Shown piece after piece: positions 13,150-26,277 of a stretch of DNA of 64,000 nucleotides. Under the pieces are notes generated by a model. That model ran no database searches. It was not told the DNA's origin and saw only the letters and a list, made by a program, of their open reading frames with translations. Where the stretch lies: the NCBI GenBank assembly GCA_002189035.1, contig NEEC01000002.1, positions 4,774,001 to 4,838,000 of the forward strand. Direction: 5' to 3'. The DNA is from Utricularia gibba (Eukaryota > Plantae > Magnoliophyta). Numbering within the stretch: the stretch's first letter is position 1; the number at the start of each line of letters is the position of its first letter. A program made the position numbers and the translations under genes.

Positions 13150-13527
13150 TAGACATCCTATGAGGCTATCACGATCATTGTTATGAACTTTTTAGAATGC
13201 CGAAATTCGTTTTCTATCCCTTGGCAAATGTTATACAACACAAATATAGAGTGCGATCAACTTGTAGAACAATTCTCGAAGAACAATTGTGTTTCTTTCT
13301 AGCAGTCATCGGTCAAAATCATGAAAATAGAGTTCTCTAGGAGTTGTGACGACATTCAAGTGAGACATATCCTAACATGTTCATGCTATCCTTGAAGGTT
13401 GTGTTCGTATGACTAAGGATTGGGTCAAACCTTGAGGTGATCATACAACAATGCACCTATACATTAAAAATAACAAGCGTTGCTATCTATATTTTAAGTT
13501 ACCCTCTTGGCATGAATTATCATTATA
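13150..13527 (+). pseudogene. PIF/Harbinger transposase, 5' remnant
   Basis: CYELFRMPKFVFYPLANVIQHKYRVRSTCRTILEEQLCFFLAVIGQNHENRVL*EL*RHSSET... then HLYIKNNKRCYLYFK joined to YPLGMNY. The DDE core (GAIDGTH region) is deleted; stops and frameshifts present. Confidence 0.8.
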
Positions 13528-14501
13528 TGATTACCACATTATTTAATATAGTTTATACTATAAGATTGTATTGATGCTAATGATGGAATGCAAATTTTTG
13601 GGAAAGTGCCTAAGATAAAACAAGTTACTTTTTGTATGAAATCTGAAAAGCTTACCCAAAACATATTTGCAATAGTTCTAAATATTTTTATATAATTTAG
13701 TAAATATATAAATTTTGTATGCAAATGAACTAAATCTTTTGATTTAGTCTATTCTATGTTATTAAAGCTTTTTGAGTCTAGCAACAACTTCCAAAAATCA
13801 AGGGAGATAATATGGATTTCGTGCAAGTATGAGGTTGTAAAAGAAAAATGCAACATAAAAGAAGGAGCAATTGTCAGAGCAGCAGACTGCAAATTAGGGA
13901 TAGGAGCAGCAGAGCTGTCAGAGATCTTTCTTGTGGAGATATATATATATATGTTCCAAATCTTATTTATATTATATCTTTTATTTTGAGTTTAATCAAT
14001 ATTAATATCAAAATAACTCTTTATTTAATTTATTCACTTTACTAATTATATTTTATGTAATTATGTTATTTTATTTTATATTGATGAGTGACTTCACTAT
14101 TATGTGTGATCCTATATGTTTCTTCAATAAAGACCGCAGTAATGAATTTATTAATTAATTCTTAATTAATTAAATCCATCATTATCGATCATGAGTGATG
14201 TATAGCAACATATTATGATCCCCAAGATGTAAGAATAATTAGGTAAACTGATTGAACCATTTTATATCTCATCATACTTATATCTCATTCGATATCAGAA
14301 CATGAATATGTCTTTTTGATGTATCGAACTTATAATTTTATTTAAGCACTAACACTTTATGACCTACTCAAATTCTTCGAGTGTCATTACCTTGGGTCTA
14401 GGACTTACTGTTACTCTTTGATTCAATTACTCGAAATAAGATTTCATAGCTAACATGAGTGATGAATACTTTATTGATCAATCAGCTATCTCTAACCTTA
14501 A

Positions 14502-14752
14502 GGCATTGTTTGGTTGATGTGTTTTAGGTATTAGTGGATTTAGATTATTTGGGTTTAGCTAAACCCAAATATGTGGGTATAAAAATATCCATACCCCCCA
14601 TTGGATATATATATACCCATATATGAGGGTATTAGATGGGTATAATGATTATTATACCCATATATAAGGTATAATTATATCCACATATCAAATAATACAA
14701 TTTATGTAAACTTATCATAAACCAACCTCCTACCCTCATATCAAACAAGGCC
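14502..14752. mobile_element. Tourist-like MITE (251 bp) inside the copia A LTR
   Basis: TIRs GGCATTGTTTGG / TCAAACAAGGCC; TAA TSD at 14499-14501 and 14753-14755; empty site visible in the sister LTR near 46390 (CCAACCTTAAGGAG). Confidence 0.85.
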
Positions 14753-15603
14753 TAATGAGTTGCATTCCTTCTCATCCATACTAGCTAAGTCATGGTTAGA
14801 CTCCCATTAGTAATGAGCGAAAATAAGATTAAGATAACTTTTTTGACCTCAAGTCTAAGTTTAATTGCATAGATGTCATATTCAAGATCTTGCTACTGAC
14901 ACTTGGTTAGTTTCCCATAGTAACATCTCGAAAATGAGTCATTTAGTTAATCGATACCCACACAATGGTTTTAGTAATCTCATTACATCAATTTTGAGAA
15001 CCATTGTCTAAACAATTTAGGGAACTCAATGTGTGCTATCTTATCCATACTTGTGATATCCTCATTACACGAATACTTTAGCTAAGAAATTTTTAACTTG
15101 AATATAAATGCTTGAAGAATCTCATATTATGATCTTATCATAATTTCTATAGCACATAGATCAAGTAAAGGATTTTATCAATGATATAAATTTAATCACA
15201 ATTCAAAGTAAATATCAAAAGATAAGATTTGTTAATAAGTTGATTGTGTCTAGAACACACAGACCAACAATCTCCCACTTGTACTAGAGGCAATCATTCG
15301 TGTATCTCATACCAATAGACTCTATGTGTACTGTATGTACATTTTGGTTCCATAGTGAATGAGCAGTCATTTCTTTCTTAGAACTTTTCTAAGTAACTGC
15401 ACCTCCATCTAGGGTGAATATATATCTTGATTATGACTTCAAGTCATCATGATGAGATTGGAAAACATATTCTTCCACTTAGAGATCTTGACCATCATAA
15501 ATCTAGAACATGTCGTTAGTCCTTCTGAAGTACTTAAGAATGCTCTTGATTGTAGTCCAATGATTCATTTCATGGTTCGACTAATATCTGCTTGTAACAC
15601 TTA

Positions 15604-17497
15604 GGGAGTGTTTGGTTACAGGGTTAGGATAGAATAGGTTTAACTTACTTGGGTTTATATAAAGGTGGTATGGATTTATGTAGTGTTTAGTTAGTAGGAT
15701 TAGAATTGTGTTTTATACCATGTTTAGTTGATAAGATTGGGAAATAATGGAATTGTAATATGTTAATTTACCATTTTAACCTTCCAATTAGGGTTTATAT
15801 TTTGGGAACCAAAAATACTCTCATGTTGTCTTGCAACCATGCGGCCAGGGAAGGAGAGACCTGTGCGGCCAATGATGAGGTGTGTCCTCTTAACTTCGAT
15901 TCTAATATTTTTCTTCTCTAAAACTTGTTTCTTGCATTTATTTTAGGGAGTGTGAAGTGAAGAAAACGAAATGAGGATGGATTCCAAAAGAAGAACGGGT
16001 GCTTCTCAATGGTTTATTGACACTAGTAGCTAATGGATGGAAAAGCGAGAATGGGTTTAAGCCTGGATTTCATGGTGCTTTGGAATCATTTATTAGATAT
16101 CTTCCAACTACTAGTTTGAAGGCGAACCCTCATATTGAGTCTAAGGTAAAAACTTGGAAATGAGAATATTACAGATTGGTAGATCTGTTATCACGTTCTG
16201 GAACAGCTTTAATTCCACTACTAAGATGGTTGAAGGAACTGATGAATTTTGGTTGGAATTGCAAAAGGTTTGTGACAACATATTTCTCATAAATTTATTT
16301 TTGATTTCTAGAAAAAATTAATTGTTTTTGTATGTGTTCAGCATTCACCTCAAACTTACAAGGCCATCCAGTTCAAAATATTTCCACTCTTTGAAGAATG
16401 GGTTGAAATTTTTGAAAGTGATTGTGCGACTGGTGAGGGAGCAATACCCATCGATGATGAACCAATAAATGACATCGAAGGTGCAACTACAGGGCTAGAG
16501 GAAGACCCACCAAATGAAAATGGTACAGAGGGTGTTTATTCTAATCTGAAAAGCCAACACTCTAATGATGAGTCAAGTTCATTTTTTGAGGATGTATCTG
16601 CATGTAGCAAACAAGAAAGGCCAAATAAGAGAGGAAAACGAAAGAGAATAGCATATGATGACCAAGATTTTATTACGGAGCTTTGGGAGATGACTCAAGA
16701 AACCAATGCTATGTTGCTGCAAATATCATCTGAGCTAACTACTGAAAGTGATTGCCAACGTCAAGCAGCTACAATGATATGAAGCATGCCTCTTCATATG
16801 TCTCCAATTGAGTTTATGAATATTTCAGAGGTTATAATTAATAACCCCGGAAAGATGCAAAGTTTTCTAGCAATGAAAGATTCTGAAAAACTTGAATTAG
16901 TATCAAGCATTCTAAAAGGATATCGTTAGCATTATGAAAATACTTTGGAGTTTTTTAAACCAAAAAAATTGTTGCAAAAGAAAACAGAGTCGGCCAAAAG
17001 CATCTTGACTCAAACGCCAATTCTCACAAGCTACTCCGCTAACATCACTTACCAAATTGCACAAATACTGTTCTTGCTTTGGTCGCCTAGCCAAAAGAGA
17101 ATAGTGCCATGCTTTCTTCTTGTGCGTCAAATTCCAGTGCAAATAACAAGCTAATCTTAGCATAGCCCATTGAATCACAATAACTCTTACAATCAAGGAA
17201 AAAAATAGAGTGATTCCGATGCACTGCCATTCTGCACTGCAATGAAATAGATTGAATCAAATGTGCAGAAAAGAGGGATTTTTGAGAGTGAAGGAGACGA
17301 ACGATTGAGGGGCAATTTTGGTATAAAATAAAAAGTATTAGATAAAATAAGGGAGGGCCATTGTTTTATTTAAACCCTTGTACATGAGTTTAAAAAAACC
17401 CTCGCAATCCCGGGATCATTTAAACACACGAAGTAAACACAATACAATTTGTAATCCTACTTTTAAACCCATTTAATCCTTTCAACCAAACACTCCC
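15604..17497. mobile_element. Non-autonomous PIF/Harbinger deletion derivative (1894 bp) inserted in copia A RT
   Basis: Perfect 14-bp TIRs GGGAGTGTTTGGTT / AACCAAACACTCCC and TTA TSD (15601-15603, 17498-17500). Carries a decayed Myb/SANT ORF on + (~15975-16900: WIPKEERVLLNGLLTLVANGWKSENGFKPG...LKANPHIESKVKTWK, intron, FPLFEEWVEIF..DCATG) and a transposase N-terminal stub on - (16912-17196). The copia RT frame rejoins across the empty site (YAL|SVTSRY). Confidence 0.9.
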
Positions 17498-17941
17498 TTA
17501 AAGCATATAACACATCTGGTCTAGTACACAATAGTAGATGCATATGAGATTCGACCATCTGATCCCTTTCTTCTTCTATTATTTGTCGCATCACTTTTGA
17601 AAGTGCCTTATGTGTCATGGGCAACAAACCTCTCTTGGAATCAGCCATGCTAAACCTCTCTAACACTTTATCGATGTAGGTCGATTGTGATAATTCAATC
17701 AGTTTCTTTGATCTATCTCTATAGATCTTTATGCCCAATATACAAGCTGCATCTCTAGGATCTTTTATTGAAAAACTCTTGGATAATTAGATTATTCATG
17801 ATTGCATTGTTGCAACATTATTTCCCATTACTAATATGTCATCCACATATAGTATGAGAAATACGGTTACCAAGCCATCTACTTTCTTGTATACACAAGG
17901 TGCATCTTCATTTTGAGAGAAACGAAACTCTTTGATTCTCT

Positions 17942-18986
17942 TGATAAATGAAAAATTAGTGCAACGTCGTTAATTGCAAATTTCTCCTATCAAATAAATT
18001 TATAACCTGATACACATTAAAACATAATACAATTATGAGCATAGTGATTAGTCAAAGCATGAAATCAGTGTCATGTTGGTAAAATTGATCTTAACTAGGA
18101 CTAAGGATGGAATGCAGTAAAGAAAAGTAACAAGCTTGGGACTTGGTGGTTTCTAATATGAAATGGGTGATGCCTTGGGACTCTTAGGGGATGTATGCTT
18201 ATCACTAAATATGCTCATACAACCCATAAATCAATCACTTAACACAAAGTCTAGGTCCACCCGAACTTATGTTTTCTCTCTAATCTTTCGTCTACTTCTA
18301 ATTAGGGTTGTTAAGATGGTTTCACTACTTCCCCCTCTTGAATCTATCCTGGTTTGTTAAGGAAGTAGTGTTACTTATGGTTGATTAGGTCTAAAGATTG
18401 ACTAGCACAAATCTCCCATTTTCACCCCAAGGCACCCCTAAGCACTTAGGCACTCATAACAAGAGAAAGGAGAATGTTTTCATAACATATCCTAAGCAAC
18501 ATTCTGGTCTCAAAGTTAAACAACAACAAGCAATGCATAACAGAAATAGAAAAGACAAATTGTTCACGCAGTGAATCTAAAACTAGTTTTAGCTAGGATC
18601 AATATGCATCAAGAACGAAAATAAATTTTCAAAGAGAAGTTGTGTTCTTCTGGTTCGTCGTTTCCTTCTTCAACCCCCCAGAAAAATCTCCAGAAAGTTG
18701 TTCGTGAGTCTACAATGGGGAGATTTACCTTCTCTCTCCATCTTTTCCCCTCTTTTGTCCAAAATCTCTCTTTTTCCTCCTTGGATTTTGTGTGTACTAC
18801 TTTTCAAACTTTTGAACTCATCTTCTGCCACTACACTGTGCATATTCGGCTTCTTGGGATTTGTGTTGTGACTTGTACTACATTAAACTTTAGAAGACTA
18901 TTAGAAGGTTGGCAGTAAAATCTGATTTTTGTAGCATAATATGAGTAATTTACATGCACTCAATCACTCAAAAATATGTGTTATCA
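17942..18986 (-). mobile_element. Solo LTR (TGATAACAC...TTTATCA family) inserted in copia A RT
   Basis: Termini TGATAAATG / GTGTTATCA; flanks TCTCT and TGTCT (4/5 TSD match); RT rejoins as WNTKFDE|RIKEFRFSQNEDAPCVYKK. Confidence 0.75.
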
Positions 18987-21900
18987 TGTCTCATCAAATT
19001 TGGTGTTCCAACTTCTTGAAACTTGCTTTGGCCCATAAATGGATTTGTTCAATAACACACTTTACTAGGATCTTGTGTGAAACCTTCAGGTTGTGTCATC
19101 ATAATCAACACCCTGTTTTTTACAATACCCTTTTGCCACAAGTCATGCCTTATAGGTAAATGTATTTCCATCCATGTCAGTTTTCCTTTTGAATACCCAT
19201 TTGCATCCAATAAGATTTACTCCCTCTAGAGCATCGATCAATGTCCATACATTGTTCTCATACATGGAATCCATTTATGCCCCCATGGCAACAAGCCATT
19301 TACTTGACTCATCACTTCTGATTACTTCATCATAAATGCAAGGTTCCTCATCTAATATGGGATCACCCATGCCTTTGGCATCAACAATGAAACTATATCT
19401 CATGATAGGGTTACGTTATCAGAGTGATCTTTTGATAGAAAATGTACTTGGTACATCTGGCAAGTAAGATTGCTTAGGTTGATTGCTTATTGGTACATTA
19501 CTAGCTTTTGGGATAAAATTTCGAGATGGTGAGCCTAGACTACCTTTTGAGTCACGCATTGGTGTCTCTATAGGTGCCATTGGCTCATTCTCAATCATCT
19601 CTTGAAGTTCAAAACGACTCCCACTTGCTTCTTTGAAAAGAAACTCTTTCTCTAGAAAGATAGCATTCCACAAGATGAAAACGTTTCCCTCTTGAGGATT
19701 GTAGAAGTAGTATCCCACAGTTTCTTGTAAATATACCAGAAAAAAACACTTGTCAGATTTGTTTTCCAACTTATCTGACTTCAACCTCCTTACATAAGTA
19801 AGCTATCCCCAAGCTTTGAGGTAGGCGAAACTTGGTTTTCTACCAGTCCAAAGCTCATAAGGAGTGGTTTCAAATGATTTCGATGGGGCCTTATTCAAAA
19901 TATGAGCCATTGTCTCTAAAGCATATTCCCACATGGACTATGGTAGTTCTGCAAAACTCATCATGGATCGAACCATATCAAGCAAAGTTCGATTTCTCCT
20001 CTTAGAAACACCATTGTGCTAAGATGTATCAGGAGTTCTTTCTAAGACAATACCATTGTCTTTCATATATTCTTGAATTCATTACTCAAGTAATCCCCAC
20101 TATGATGTGATCGAAGTTTCTTGATGGAATGCTCAATTTGGTTCTCGACCTCCATCAGAAACTCTTTGAACTTTTCAAAGGCTTCAAACTTGTGTTTCAT
20201 CAAATAGATGCATCCCTATCTCAAATGGTCATCTGTAAAAGTGATGAAATACGAGAAACCTCCTCTAGCAGTGATATTCATTGGACTACATATATAAGAA
20301 TGTATTAAATCCAATAAATTTTCAGCTCTTTCTCCCTTTCCTAGAAAAGGTTGCTTTGTCATTTTTCCCAATAAACAAGATTCTCATGTTTCAGAAGATT
20401 CATAATCTTTTGAGTCTAAATATCCCAATCGATATAAGTACTTAACACGACAATGGCAGAGGTACGAATTCAAGACATTGTCAATCCATGGCCTTTTTAT
20501 ACACATGTTAATTTGTTTTGAATCATGTTGATTCAAAACATATATTCCGTTTACTATCGTAGCAGTACCATAATGCACGTTCCTAGTCATATGGAACAAT
20601 AATCGTTCATTATAGAAAACTCGAAACCGATCGTGTCCAAACAAGAAGTAGAGATGATATCAACTCCCAACTACCATGGCAGCAACTTGTGCACCTGACT
20701 CTAGGTAAGCTTTGTAGTTTCTCTTTCAATGACCAGATTTCCCATAATGAAAACATTCATCTTTAGTCGGTTTTTCAACTAGCCTCTTCTTCTTGATCTC
20801 ACTTTTAGCTTTGATTTTCTTGTCTTGACTCTTCTTCTTGGAAATCATTTTCCTTTAAGAAACAAGTATGACATTCTTTTGTTCCTTTATTATAGTTGTC
20901 TCAGTAGACTTGAGTAACTGAATCAACTCGGGAATAGTTGGATCCATCTTGTTCATCTAATAGTTCATCACAAACTGTGAATAGCTATCAGGTAGTGAGA
21001 TAAGAATTCAGTCAATACTCAAGTCCTTATCCAATACAAAACCAAGAGTGGACAATTTTTCAATGTAACTCAACATCAATGTCGCATGATCAGCTACAGA
21101 ACTTCCTTCTACCAAGCGACAGTTGAACAACAGCTTTGATGTCTTGAACCTTTCAAGTCGTGAGTGCTCGCCAAGTAGATCCATGAGGTGTGTTATCATT
21201 TGTTGACAAGTCATTGCCTCATGCTATTTTTGGAGATTAGGGGCCATCGAAGCAAGCATGATACATGAGACAAGCTGAGCATCATCTAAATACTTATGAT
21301 ATGCATGCTGAACATCTTCAGATGCGTTGGCCCTAGGTTTTGCAGGAAAATCTTGCTCAAGGATATAATCAATCTTCTCCCCTTGCGAATAATTCTCATA
21401 TTGCGGTGCCAATCAGTAAAATTTGAGCAAACCAACTTGTTGGACTCTAGAATGGATCTCAAATTTAAGCTGAAAGACATACCTTTAACCTGAAAAAGAG
21501 AAAGCAAACACATCATGTAGTGTTCCTTAAATCACATCTAATTGTCTTTATCAAATTTTTTTGAGATGGCAGCCCCTTACTGACAAAACAAGAAAATCAA
21601 GTTTTCTTAGTGGGACAATGTCCAATTTCATTTATCTCCACATTGAGTGTAGCCAACAAGCTTTAATGCATGAAACATGTAATCATCTCAAGCTAATTAT
21701 ATATCTCATACAACCACTATATCATTGAGTCATCAACTCTTGATGTAAAAACTATTTACCTCAATATTTACTCCAATTTTACCAACCTTGGCTTTAGTCA
21801 ACAAGTTGATAAAATCAATTAAGCCAACCCATTCTGAATCTAATTCCATAATTCGAACATGTCATGTGTAGTGGAGAGCTTGAATGTAGCCAGCAACTCT

Positions 21901-23846
21901 ATGCACTAAAAATAACTCTCGTTCTCCTTAAGTCAGTGGAACGAATAAGCTTCATTATTTGATACATGATTTTTCCATAGGCAACTCTTGCACTATGAAT
22001 ATCGATATCCTATCATATAGGCATCTTGACAACCCTTGCTCGTTCGTTCACAATGCATCATATCCCTGGATTTTTACACATGATGATCAAAAATCTTAAT
22101 TGACCATAGATGCCTTGGTCACAAATAAATTATCAAACATCATATGCACCGATAATTGGTTACTTGTTTGACAATGCTGGGGATATTTTCTTCCATTTAT
22201 GATTATGAAACGTTGCTTTATCTTCCATACATGAGTAGCTAAACCTTAGGGATGCCTTAAGATGTAGAATGGTGATGTGGGGCTACGGTTTATAGTATAA
22301 TTGGTCATTGTTTCTTAGCATTTGTTTCTATCAATCCTTGGGTAGACTTAAGGGAAGGAACAAGTAGCTTCATAACTCAGATGATTGATTTAGAGGTAGA
22401 CCAATGAATCAAGGCGGAAGCAGTTTGTTTGTCTAGGGTAAAACTAATAGAATCGGGTAGACCTAGTTTTATATACTTGATAAGTGATTTTGTGTCATTC
22501 CAAAACATGTTCTTCAATTACTCTTGAGTGCTGTTTTTACTTATTTTAGACTCCACTTTTTCATTATTCTCAATTGATTTTGCATCTTTCATACTACTTT
22601 GATCTTTTTGGAGACAAAGTGTATTTTGTAGATTTTTAGGGCACTTTTGGATCGATTTGAGGAGAAATCAAGACCCACCAAACTATGGACTTGATGGGCC
22701 ATGAATCTTAGCCCAAGAGTCAGTCAAACTATGTTTTTTAGTATTTAATTTGAGGTTTGATTTTGTTTTTTAGACCTAATTGCGAAATTGGTGATGATAT
22801 TAGGGACTATCTAAATTAAAAACATGATGAATGACTTGGGTAGACATAGGTTGTTTGGAGTTGTGAGTATAGAAATTATTAAATTAAATTAGAGACCTTA
22901 GTACCACATCACCTACACATCCTTGAGGCATCTTAGTATTACCCCGTACTTAGAAGCAGCATTTTTTATTTTATGCTGTGCAACTTGACCTTATTTAAGG
23001 AGCTTGTATGATACTATTCTTGAGGTCGAAATTCGGTTCTATGGGATTTGACTGATTTTCTGAATTGCGGATGGGATTTAATGGAGCCCGATCATGAAAT
23101 ACCAATTTTAAGATGATGATGAGAACAAAGGAAATATGAAGACACAGGGGTTTTTGCATGAGAACCCCCATAAGACGGAAAAACCACGAAGCTATCAGAG
23201 CTCATTGAAGAAATGGTTTCACTAATGAAGGAAGAGAGAGAGAGGTACTAGTAGGAATGTTGAGAGTTCTCCCCCCTCCCCCTTCTTCTCCAAACTCCCT
23301 TATATTTGTAAAAGAGATTGAGTCGATCGAATTCCAAATTTGCACGTGTCAGCCACTTTCTGCGCGTGTTAGCTGTACTACGATCATATTGACAGTTAAC
23401 TGCCAACTACTTTGACATCTTTGTAACTCGACTACTTTTTAGACTGCTCAAAACGGCCGCCGCTGCCCTATTTTAACACTTATCAGCCTATCGTCGTGCA
23501 GTAGACTGCCAGGATCCTTTTGAGATCTTTTCTTAATGATTTCACCCAAGAGAAACCAATTTGGTTATTCGGTGAGCAAAGATCAAGGAGCGCCTTCCAA
23601 GCACGCCATCATGCTACGTATACCAATTTAAGGTCCATCAACTACTATTTTGCTCTTAGACTATGAACAATATTTATTCTAAATTCTCCATCGGTTAAAA
23701 CACTTTACAAGTACTAGCTTCTTGTTATTGACCCCGAAATCCACTATACAAGTTTTTTAAATTTGTATTTTGTATAAATTAGAGCTTATTTATTTGATAT
23801 GAATCTTTCGTTTCTTGCGATTATTTTAAGAAATTTTCGTATATCA

Positions 23847-24240
23847 ACACCTTATTCCCATTGCCGATATCATTTGAGTTAATTTGTTGATATCACCGAG
23901 TTTGCTAGTCCCCAAGAGCTCTTCAACCACTAACACTTGTCGTTGTGGATGGCAATTGAGCAAATTTTAGAAGTTTAGAAGGAGAAATTTCCTACTATAA
24001 CTAGATTTTTGTAGAGTTACAATTTCATTGATCAAGTGAAGATAGTTTTGGCTATTCTTGCAGTTTATAACTTTATTAGAAAAATTGACATGTGAGATTA
24101 CCATTTAAGAATGTACGAGAACTGGATACCAGCAATGAATGGACATAGGGCAAATGACGGAGAAAATTGCTTTATGAAGAACTCAATGACTAAGGTGCAA
24201 CTAGACCAAATATACAATGAAATGTCATAGAGATGATGAA
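23847..24240 (+). pseudogene. PIF/Harbinger transposase, 3' remnant
   Basis: TPYSHCRYHLS...PQELFNH*HLSLWMAIEQ...IVLAILAVYNFIRK, matching the APY.G.RYHL / ELFNHRHSSLR..IER / HNFIR motifs of HARBI1-type transposases. Confidence 0.8.
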
Positions 24241-24459
24241 AAAAAAATTCAATCAACCTCTATTTTTGAATATGCAATGATGAGTTATATGATCTTCAAT
24301 AAACTCGTATTTTATCTTGTAGAAATTACTGTTGCATTATGCAGTATCAAGTAAAGTTGCTCTAAAATAGAAAAAACTACTCAAATTCAAGAGTTTAACA
24401 AAGAAACGCTTAACAACTGGGAACAAAACCACAAAACATAAACATAATAGAAGATTAAT

Positions 24460-24907
24460 TGGTAGTCTCCTCCCTTATACAAACTTCAATGGGACCTCCT
24501 TGAATAAAAGAGATATCCCCCTATTTATAGGATCCTTCAACAATCATACAACTTTCATAAACAACCTAGCATCAGACATGAACTCAGAAATTTGCCGCAT
24601 TTGTTCAATGCATGCTTGCATTGTAAACCTGATTGTGGAGATAGGTGATTTGATACATAAGTTGCGACAATCTCATCCAGGTGAAAAATAGATTTTGCGA
24701 GATTTTCATGGTTATTTTTCCATTTCTTCTTCTTTCTTGTAGTGACAAGGTGAGGAGATACTTCTTGAAATGTTGGCTATGAAAGGGAATCAATGATAAG
24801 TAGCTTTGTCGTACTATCATGATAACCTCGGCCAAGAATCTCTATATCTACAGATGAAAGCAATAGAGGATGTTGTTGCTTAGACTGGGTGCCAACTTCT
24901 CCCATTG
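24460..24907 (-). pseudogene. PIF/Harbinger Myb/SANT partner gene, C-terminal half
   Basis: EPMGEVGTQ...FTMQACIEQMRQISEFMSDARLFMKVV*LLKDPINRGIS; continues the frame of 50905-51428 across the GTTCA TSD. Confidence 0.7.
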
Positions 24908-26259
24908 GTTCAGGATGACACACATTTTCTTACCAATTTATAATGCAAGATTATGATGTTTTGTTGTGGTTTAGGTTAGATTTGTGTGATTTTTCATTTT
25001 ACGCGCTGTTTATGTTAATTTCGTGTTTATGTTGGAAAGTGGACTAAATCAAAGAATTTGGTCTACCTTTTGTTATTGATATTTAATTAAGTCTAGTAGA
25101 AAGATTAGCAGTAGAATCAGATTGAAAGTTGTGTAGATCAAGTCAAAGGAGGCACACTATTCGAAGGGAGACAAAGAGCACTCTTTTGCCACCTGTAGTC
25201 TACATGTTTAGGCCAAGAATAGTATTGATGTTAGAAAGAGTGTATTGGAGTAAAGGAAGAGAGACAATTTTGGAAGAGTGAGAGACTTGAGGAGAGAGCT
25301 TCAACAATGAAGAACACACACAAAGAAGTTCGAGAACGAACTAAAGGGGTTAAGAAGAAGATTTTTCCGGAAGAAAAGCCTGAACGTGAAGAACAAGCTC
25401 TAGAACCTAGTTCAGTGCAACTATTCCGAGTTATGAAAAATAGCAGAAGGAGAACATAAGTATTTTGCCTTTTTCTTTTATTTGCTAGACATTTAGTTTA
25501 TGTGACAATTGTCTTACAATACTTATGATATTTCCATTAGTTTATAATTATGCAATCATGTTTTGCTTACCAAATATGATTAGCTAGGTTTTAGGGATGC
25601 CTTAAGGTATAAAATGGTGATGTGGGGTTGGAGTTCATAATATAATTGGTCAATGTATCTTAGCTTTCGTTTCTATCATTCCTCAGGTAGATCTAAGGTG
25701 GGGAATGAATATCTTCACAAGTCATATACTTGATTTAGAGGTCGATCAATAAATTAAGGTGGGTATAGTAGTTGTTACTCTTGGGTAGAACTAATAGAGT
25801 TGGTAGAACTAGTTCTATATATTACACATGCGTCCACCTAAGTGTGGGATGAGCAATGATATTAGGGGCTATCTTAACAAAAAATATGAGAAATAACCTG
25901 GATAAACTTAAGTTGTTTGCAGTTATGAGAATAAAAACATTGTAGATTAAATGAGCCCTTAAGGCATCATAGTGTTACATTGTGCACAAAACATGTATTT
26001 GTTACTGTTTGTGTTTGGATTTGATCTTAGTAACAGAACTTCTTTATCGCTGTTAGACTAATCTTGGACTAATAGTCGAATTTTTTTCAAATTTTGCATC
26101 TCAAAAAGTACTTTACAAGCACCTTCTTCTTGATCGAATCTAAAATCCCTATATAAGTTTTTTGAATTTGTATTTTATCTAGATCAAGGTTTACAAATTT
26201 ATTTGAAAAGAAAATTTGATTCTATTGCAATGATATTGAAAAATTTTTGTTTATCAAAG

Positions 26260-26277
26260 TGGCACCATTGCCGAGGA
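26260..26277 (+). other. Primer-binding site of the Athila-type element (tRNA-Asp type)
   Basis: TGGCACCATTGCCGAGGA, 3 nt after the LTR end TTTATCA; resembles the Athila consensus TGGCGCCGTTGCCGGGGA. Confidence 0.75.

Larger units (their letters stand above)
13925..22157 (-). mobile_element. Ty1/copia retrotransposon copy A (Angela-like), truncated at both ends and decayed
   Basis: gag MSFSLNLRSILESNKLVCSNFTDWHRN (~21477 down); GAG-pre-integrase/INT (ETCESCLLGKMTKQPF); RT (GCKWVFKRKTDMDG, TQPEGF, CTRPDVLYALSVTSRY); PPT AAGTGGGAGAT next to the 3' LTR starting TGTTGG at 15269; 3' LTR 13925-15269. No PBS or 5' LTR. Confidence 0.9.
13528..23846 (+). mobile_element. Disrupted Athila-type LTR inserted in the Harbinger transposase, itself hosting copia A and other inserts
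   Basis: Starts TGATTACCACATT and ends TTTTCGTATATCA. Segments 13528-13920, 22200-22478, 22730-22936 and 23650-23846 align by eye with the LTR at 24913-26256 / 49640-50899 and with 63400-63550. No TSD recognised. Confidence 0.6.
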
